Below, one piece after another: positions 36,915 through 39,739 of a stretch of 39,739 nt of DNA. The position numbers were made by a program, and so were the translations under genes. This DNA is from a virus (lineage: Duplodnaviria; Caudoviricetes). The stretch lies in the IMG/VR virus record IMGVR_UViG_3300044477_000051, positions 1-39,739 of that record. One strand, 5' to 3'. The notes under the pieces are model-generated. The model saw only the letters and a list, made by a program, of their open reading frames with translations. It was not told where the DNA came from and did not search any database. The first letter of the stretch is position 1, and each line of letters starts with the position of its first letter.

Positions 36915-37672
36915 CAGAACATCCTCCCTTTCATCAGTCCACTCTTAGTCAAATATCTACCCAACCATACGGTTGAGTACTCATTACCCTCTCTAATCAA
37001 CTCTCTCTTAGTCCAAACATCATCACCAAACACCCAGCAATAACTGCCCATATACCTTTCACAAAGCCCATCAACAATAGCCATCACACTCCTCTTATAA
37101 ACACTATCTTTCAGCGACTCAACTATCGGAGTATCCAGTCTATACGCCATCGCATTTGGTATCCTTTTTGCCAACCTATTCGCTGTCTCAAAATGCTTCG
37201 TATAAAGAAGCGCAACACCCCGAAACGGACTTACCCCCTTATTCTCCAGCTCCCACTGAAACCCCTTCAACACCTTCATCCTGGGCTTAGTCATCATTAC
37301 AACTCTCGCCTTAACAATCGACTTTCTCCACTCCCCCTTCCACAGCCCATTCTCAATCCGATCCTTCCGCTTCAAGAAATCTTCCCACCCAAGAATCCGA
37401 TCATTCTCACCCAACTCTTCCGTTACAAACCGAAACAGTCTCTTCCGAATATCACACCTCTCCTTACTATTAAACGCACCCCAGAGCACAAAGCAATTCT
37501 TCTTCATCTCCGCATCCAACATCTGATCCACAACAACTTTCGGAAACTCTCCCCACCGCTTAGTATACGCTTCCTTATCCCAAACCCCACTCGTACTCAA
37601 CTCAAAGAATCTCCACAAGCTAAACTCCTCAATCAGAGCCTTCCAAACAAACCCCTTCACACTCAAATTCAT
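36914..37672 (-). CDS. Hypothetical basic, Trp-rich protein
   Basis: 252-aa ORF translationally coupled (TGATG) to the DUF115 gene; no motif recognised. Confidence 0.7.
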   Translation of the reverse strand: MNLSVKGFVWKALIEEFSLWRFFELSTSGVWDKEAYTKRWGEFPKVVVDQMLDAEMKKNCFVLWGAFNSKERCDIRKRLFRFVTEELGENDRILGWEDFLKRKDRIENGLWKGEWRKSIVKARVVMMTKPRMKVLKGFQWELENKGVSPFRGVALLYTKHFETANRLAKRIPNAMAYRLDTPIVESLKDSVYKRSVMAIVDGLCERYMGSYCWVFGDDVWTKRELIREGNEYSTVWLGRYLTKSGLMKGRMF

Positions 37673-37899
37673 TTCAAAATTCCTTCTAATATTTCAAGGA
37701 CATCTTTTTTAGAAATCGCCTCTGCGTATGAATAATCATAAAAATAATATGTTTTCTCTTTTATTTTCTCAATCGCTTCTTTGATGGCTTTTTCGATATC
37801 ACAAATATCAACATATTGCCCTGTGTCCGACTTGTACAACTGTTCACGCGATGATTCGCTATTGCAATGTATTACCAATGAATATCTTTCTATTTTCAT
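37669..37899 (-). CDS. Small hypothetical early protein
   Basis: GGAGG RBS, ATGA overlaps. Confidence 0.65.
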   Translation of the reverse strand: MKIERYSLVIHCNSESSREQLYKSDTGQYVDICDIEKAIKEAIEKIKEKTYYFYDYSYAEAISKKDVLEILEGILK

Positions 37900-38195
37900 T
37901 CTTTTATCCTCCCGCCTGCGGCAAGAAAAAAGGCAACAGCGATCGCAAACTTAGTAGACATACCAACTAGGAAGTCATGGTTCACAGCATAAGTATATGC
38001 CTCTTTATTTAGATCAATATTGTTATATATATTCCAAAGCTCCTCCATCGTCTTTTCCTGCGCGTCAATTTGGGCGTCATAGAAATCCCGGCATTCTCGC
38101 ATACCATTTTCAAAATCATCCTCTGGAGCATTGTTTTGCAATTCTGCGTATGCCATGTCTTTTTTTCTTATTTCTTCATCCGTCATCTTTTTCAT
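37896..38195 (-). CDS. Small hypothetical early protein
   Basis: GGAGG RBS before ATG 38195, ATGA overlap. Confidence 0.65.
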   Translation of the reverse strand: MKKMTDEEIRKKDMAYAELQNNAPEDDFENGMRECRDFYDAQIDAQEKTMEELWNIYNNIDLNKEAYTYAVNHDFLVGMSTKFAIAVAFFLAAGGRIKE

Positions 38196-38611
38196 TTCGT
38201 AACCTCCCTTGTTTTCCTTTTGCAATCAGGACAATAGTCTGGTATCTCACAGTCAAAAGCATGTACCTTACTATTACAAGTTTGCTCTGTCCATTTACCA
38301 CAAAACTGTTCGTTTATACGTTCCCAATGGCATGTTTTTCTCGCCATTACTTTTTTGTGATTTTTCCGTCGATCCGCTAAATAATCATTTATATATTTAT
38401 TTAATTTTTTAGCATCATCACAAGATATTTTTAACATACCCTGCTCCCCATAAAATATCGCTCTATCCTCTTGATACTGCTCACACCTTGCGTCATACAC
38501 CGCTTTGCCTATCGTGACAAAAATGCCAAGCTGCCCAATCGCAAGCCCGATGACAAGACCGAATACCGCACCGATATAGAAAAGGCTAGTGTTAAGAATT
38601 AGGCGTTTCAT
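38192..38611 (-). CDS. Hypothetical protein with N-terminal TM and C-terminal Zn-ribbon (YCPDC)
   Basis: ATGA overlap with the MTase stop; 'TCHWE..TC..YCPDC'. Confidence 0.6.
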   Translation of the reverse strand: MKRLILNTSLFYIGAVFGLVIGLAIGQLGIFVTIGKAVYDARCEQYQEDRAIFYGEQGMLKISCDDAKKLNKYINDYLADRRKNHKKVMARKTCHWERINEQFCGKWTEQTCNSKVHAFDCEIPDYCPDCKRKTREVTK

Positions 38612-39162
38612 TTTCCCCATTGTTCAGCCATCGCGTCGGCGATTCCTTGATAGGTTTTGCTTCTTAACTTCCAACGATCAGGAGATGGCGGCATTTTGTG
38701 AATCCTGTCTGCTCTACCTTCTACTATTTGCGTCGGCTTCAATAATGGCAACCCTTTAAGCCATAAACAAGTTGCCTTTGTTTCACCGTGGCCAAATTGC
38801 CACGGCTGTATTATTTGATCTGGCTTTCTCCATTTTGTCGACATAATACACACTGGGTTTTCAATAGCTATCTTTGCAATATTCGTTTTAGCCAATTTCA
38901 TAAAAAAATAAATTGCCGCTTGCTGTCTTCCGTCAGCTATTTTTTCCCGGAAATGCCGCGCCCCAGAAACCGCCAAATCAGTGCAAGGCGGGTGTGCAAT
39001 CATTAAATCAAAACCATCGTTGATTATATCGAAAACATCTCCTTGATAATGAGGCCCCGGCTTATCAGTCGGCAACAAATCACACGATATGGCATCATAC
39101 CCTAATTTTATAAAAGCGTCCCGAACAGTTCCGCTATATTCGCAAGCAATCAAAACTTTCAT
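38608..39162 (-). CDS. Short phage-type C5 cytosine DNA methyltransferase-like protein
   Basis: KVLIACEYSG (motif I variant), SCDL, QGDV, AHPPCT (catalytic PC), IENP, RSKT. Confidence 0.8.
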   Translation of the reverse strand: MKVLIACEYSGTVRDAFIKLGYDAISCDLLPTDKPGPHYQGDVFDIINDGFDLMIAHPPCTDLAVSGARHFREKIADGRQQAAIYFFMKLAKTNIAKIAIENPVCIMSTKWRKPDQIIQPWQFGHGETKATCLWLKGLPLLKPTQIVEGRADRIHKMPPSPDRWKLRSKTYQGIADAMAEQWGK

Positions 39163-39256
39163 TTCCTTCCCTCCTTCCAACACACAATCGCGCAATAAAC
39201 AAACGGCACTAAACAAAGCAAAGCGGATAGTGTTAGCGATATGATTAGTAATCTGT

Positions 39257-39739
39257 TCATTGTTTTTCCATCTCCATTATTTTTTCAACAATTGAAATAT
39301 ATTTTTTATATTCTAACCCGTGATGTTTATCGCCATATATTTCTTCAACACGTTCGGAAAATTCTACAAGCGTCCCGCTAAAACATCCACAAACGACTTG
39401 ATTTTTATCATCAAGCCAGTATGTCGTCGTTTGCGATTTTCGGCTACCCATGATTTGGCCGGTGTATCGTTGTGGGTTTTTAATGAAATCCGAACAATCC
39501 GAACATCTCGAACAATCCGAACATCTCGAACATCTCGAACATCTCGAACATCTCGAACAATCCGAACAATCCGAACAATCCGAACATCTCGAACAATCCG
39601 AACATCTCGAACAATCCGAACAATCCGAACATCTCGAACAATCCGAACATCTCGAACATCTCGAACATCTCGAACATCTCGAACAATCCGAACAATCCGA
39701 ACAATCCGAACATCTCGAACAATCCGAACATCTCGAACA
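39257..39739 (-). CDS. 5'-truncated protein: (Cys-Ser-Asp/Arg)n repeats fused to a DUF7666-like domain
   Basis: The repeat reads TGT TCG GAT/AGA in frame into FIKNPQRYTGQIMGSRKSQTTTYW..VVCGCFSGTLVEF..YG..EY. Confidence 0.7.
   Translation of the reverse strand, partial: CSRCSDCSRCSDCSDCSDCSRCSRCSRCSRCSDCSRCSDCSDCSRCSDCSRCSDCSDCSDCSRCSRCSRCSRCSDCSRCSDCSDFIKNPQRYTGQIMGSRKSQTTTYWLDDKNQVVCGCFSGTLVEFSERVEEIYGDKHHGLEYKKYISIVEKIMEMEKQ
39488..39739. repeat. 9-bp tandem repeat, 28 units of two variants (ATCCGAACA / TCTCGAACA)
   Basis: Read directly; order AABABBBBAAABAB repeated exactly twice (126-bp higher-order unit). Confidence 0.95.

Larger units (their letters stand above)
1..39739. mobile_element. 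Near-complete podovirus-like bacteriophage genome, probably lytic
   Basis: Complete packaging/head/short-tail/ejection module and convergent PolA replication module; no host genes, integrase or tape measure seen. Confidence 0.9.

Noticed and set aside
39480-39731. ORF-track protein MFGLFEMFGLF...
   Set aside because: Alternative frame of the 9-bp repeat; the Cys-Ser-Asp/Arg frame is the one continuous with a recognisable domain.
39488-39739. Possible CRISPR array, given the Cas4-like nuclease
   Set aside because: 9-bp contiguous units with no unique spacers; the nuclease sits in a standard Sak4/SSB recombination module and no other cas genes are present.
1-39739. Stop-codon reassignment, introns/inteins, tRNAs, integrase, DGR
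   Set aside because: Genes tile densely under the standard code, TerL and PolA are uninterrupted, and no cloverleaf, recombinase or reverse-transcriptase motifs were noticed by eye (not computationally excluded).

Overview
This window is a near-complete (~40 kb) genome of a tailed dsDNA bacteriophage with podovirus-type organisation. I see no tape measure, integrase, repressor/lysogeny module or phage RNA polymerase. Strong sigma70-type promoters and GGAGG ribosome-binding sites point to host-RNAP transcription. The + strand (1.3-26 kb) carries packaging and virion genes: TerS, TerL, portal, scaffold, Mu gpT-like major capsid, adaptor, fibres, nozzle and three ejection proteins, with holin-like and C39-peptidase lysis genes interspersed. 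The - strand (26-39.7 kb) carries replication and early genes: DUF3987-type ATPase/helicase, family A DNA polymerase with an N-terminal UDG-like domain, DUF5664 dNTP diphosphohydrolase, SSB + Sak4-like ATPase + Cas4-like nuclease, a DUF115/Maf-like glycosyltransferase-fold protein, a short C5 DNA methyltransferase and a Cys-Ser-(Asp/Arg) repeat protein that runs off the end. The most unusual signals are: (1) a dispersed GGGGGAGGG/CCCTCCCCC motif present 9 times, often against the local strand skew and three times ~5.5 kb apart; (2) a self-contained inverted groES cassette between TerL and portal; (3) a strong G/T to C/A skew inversion in the middle of the co-oriented virion operon; (4) the Maf-like enzyme and a divergent UDG-PolA in one DNA-metabolism operon. 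All protein family calls come from motif recognition by eye, not database searches.
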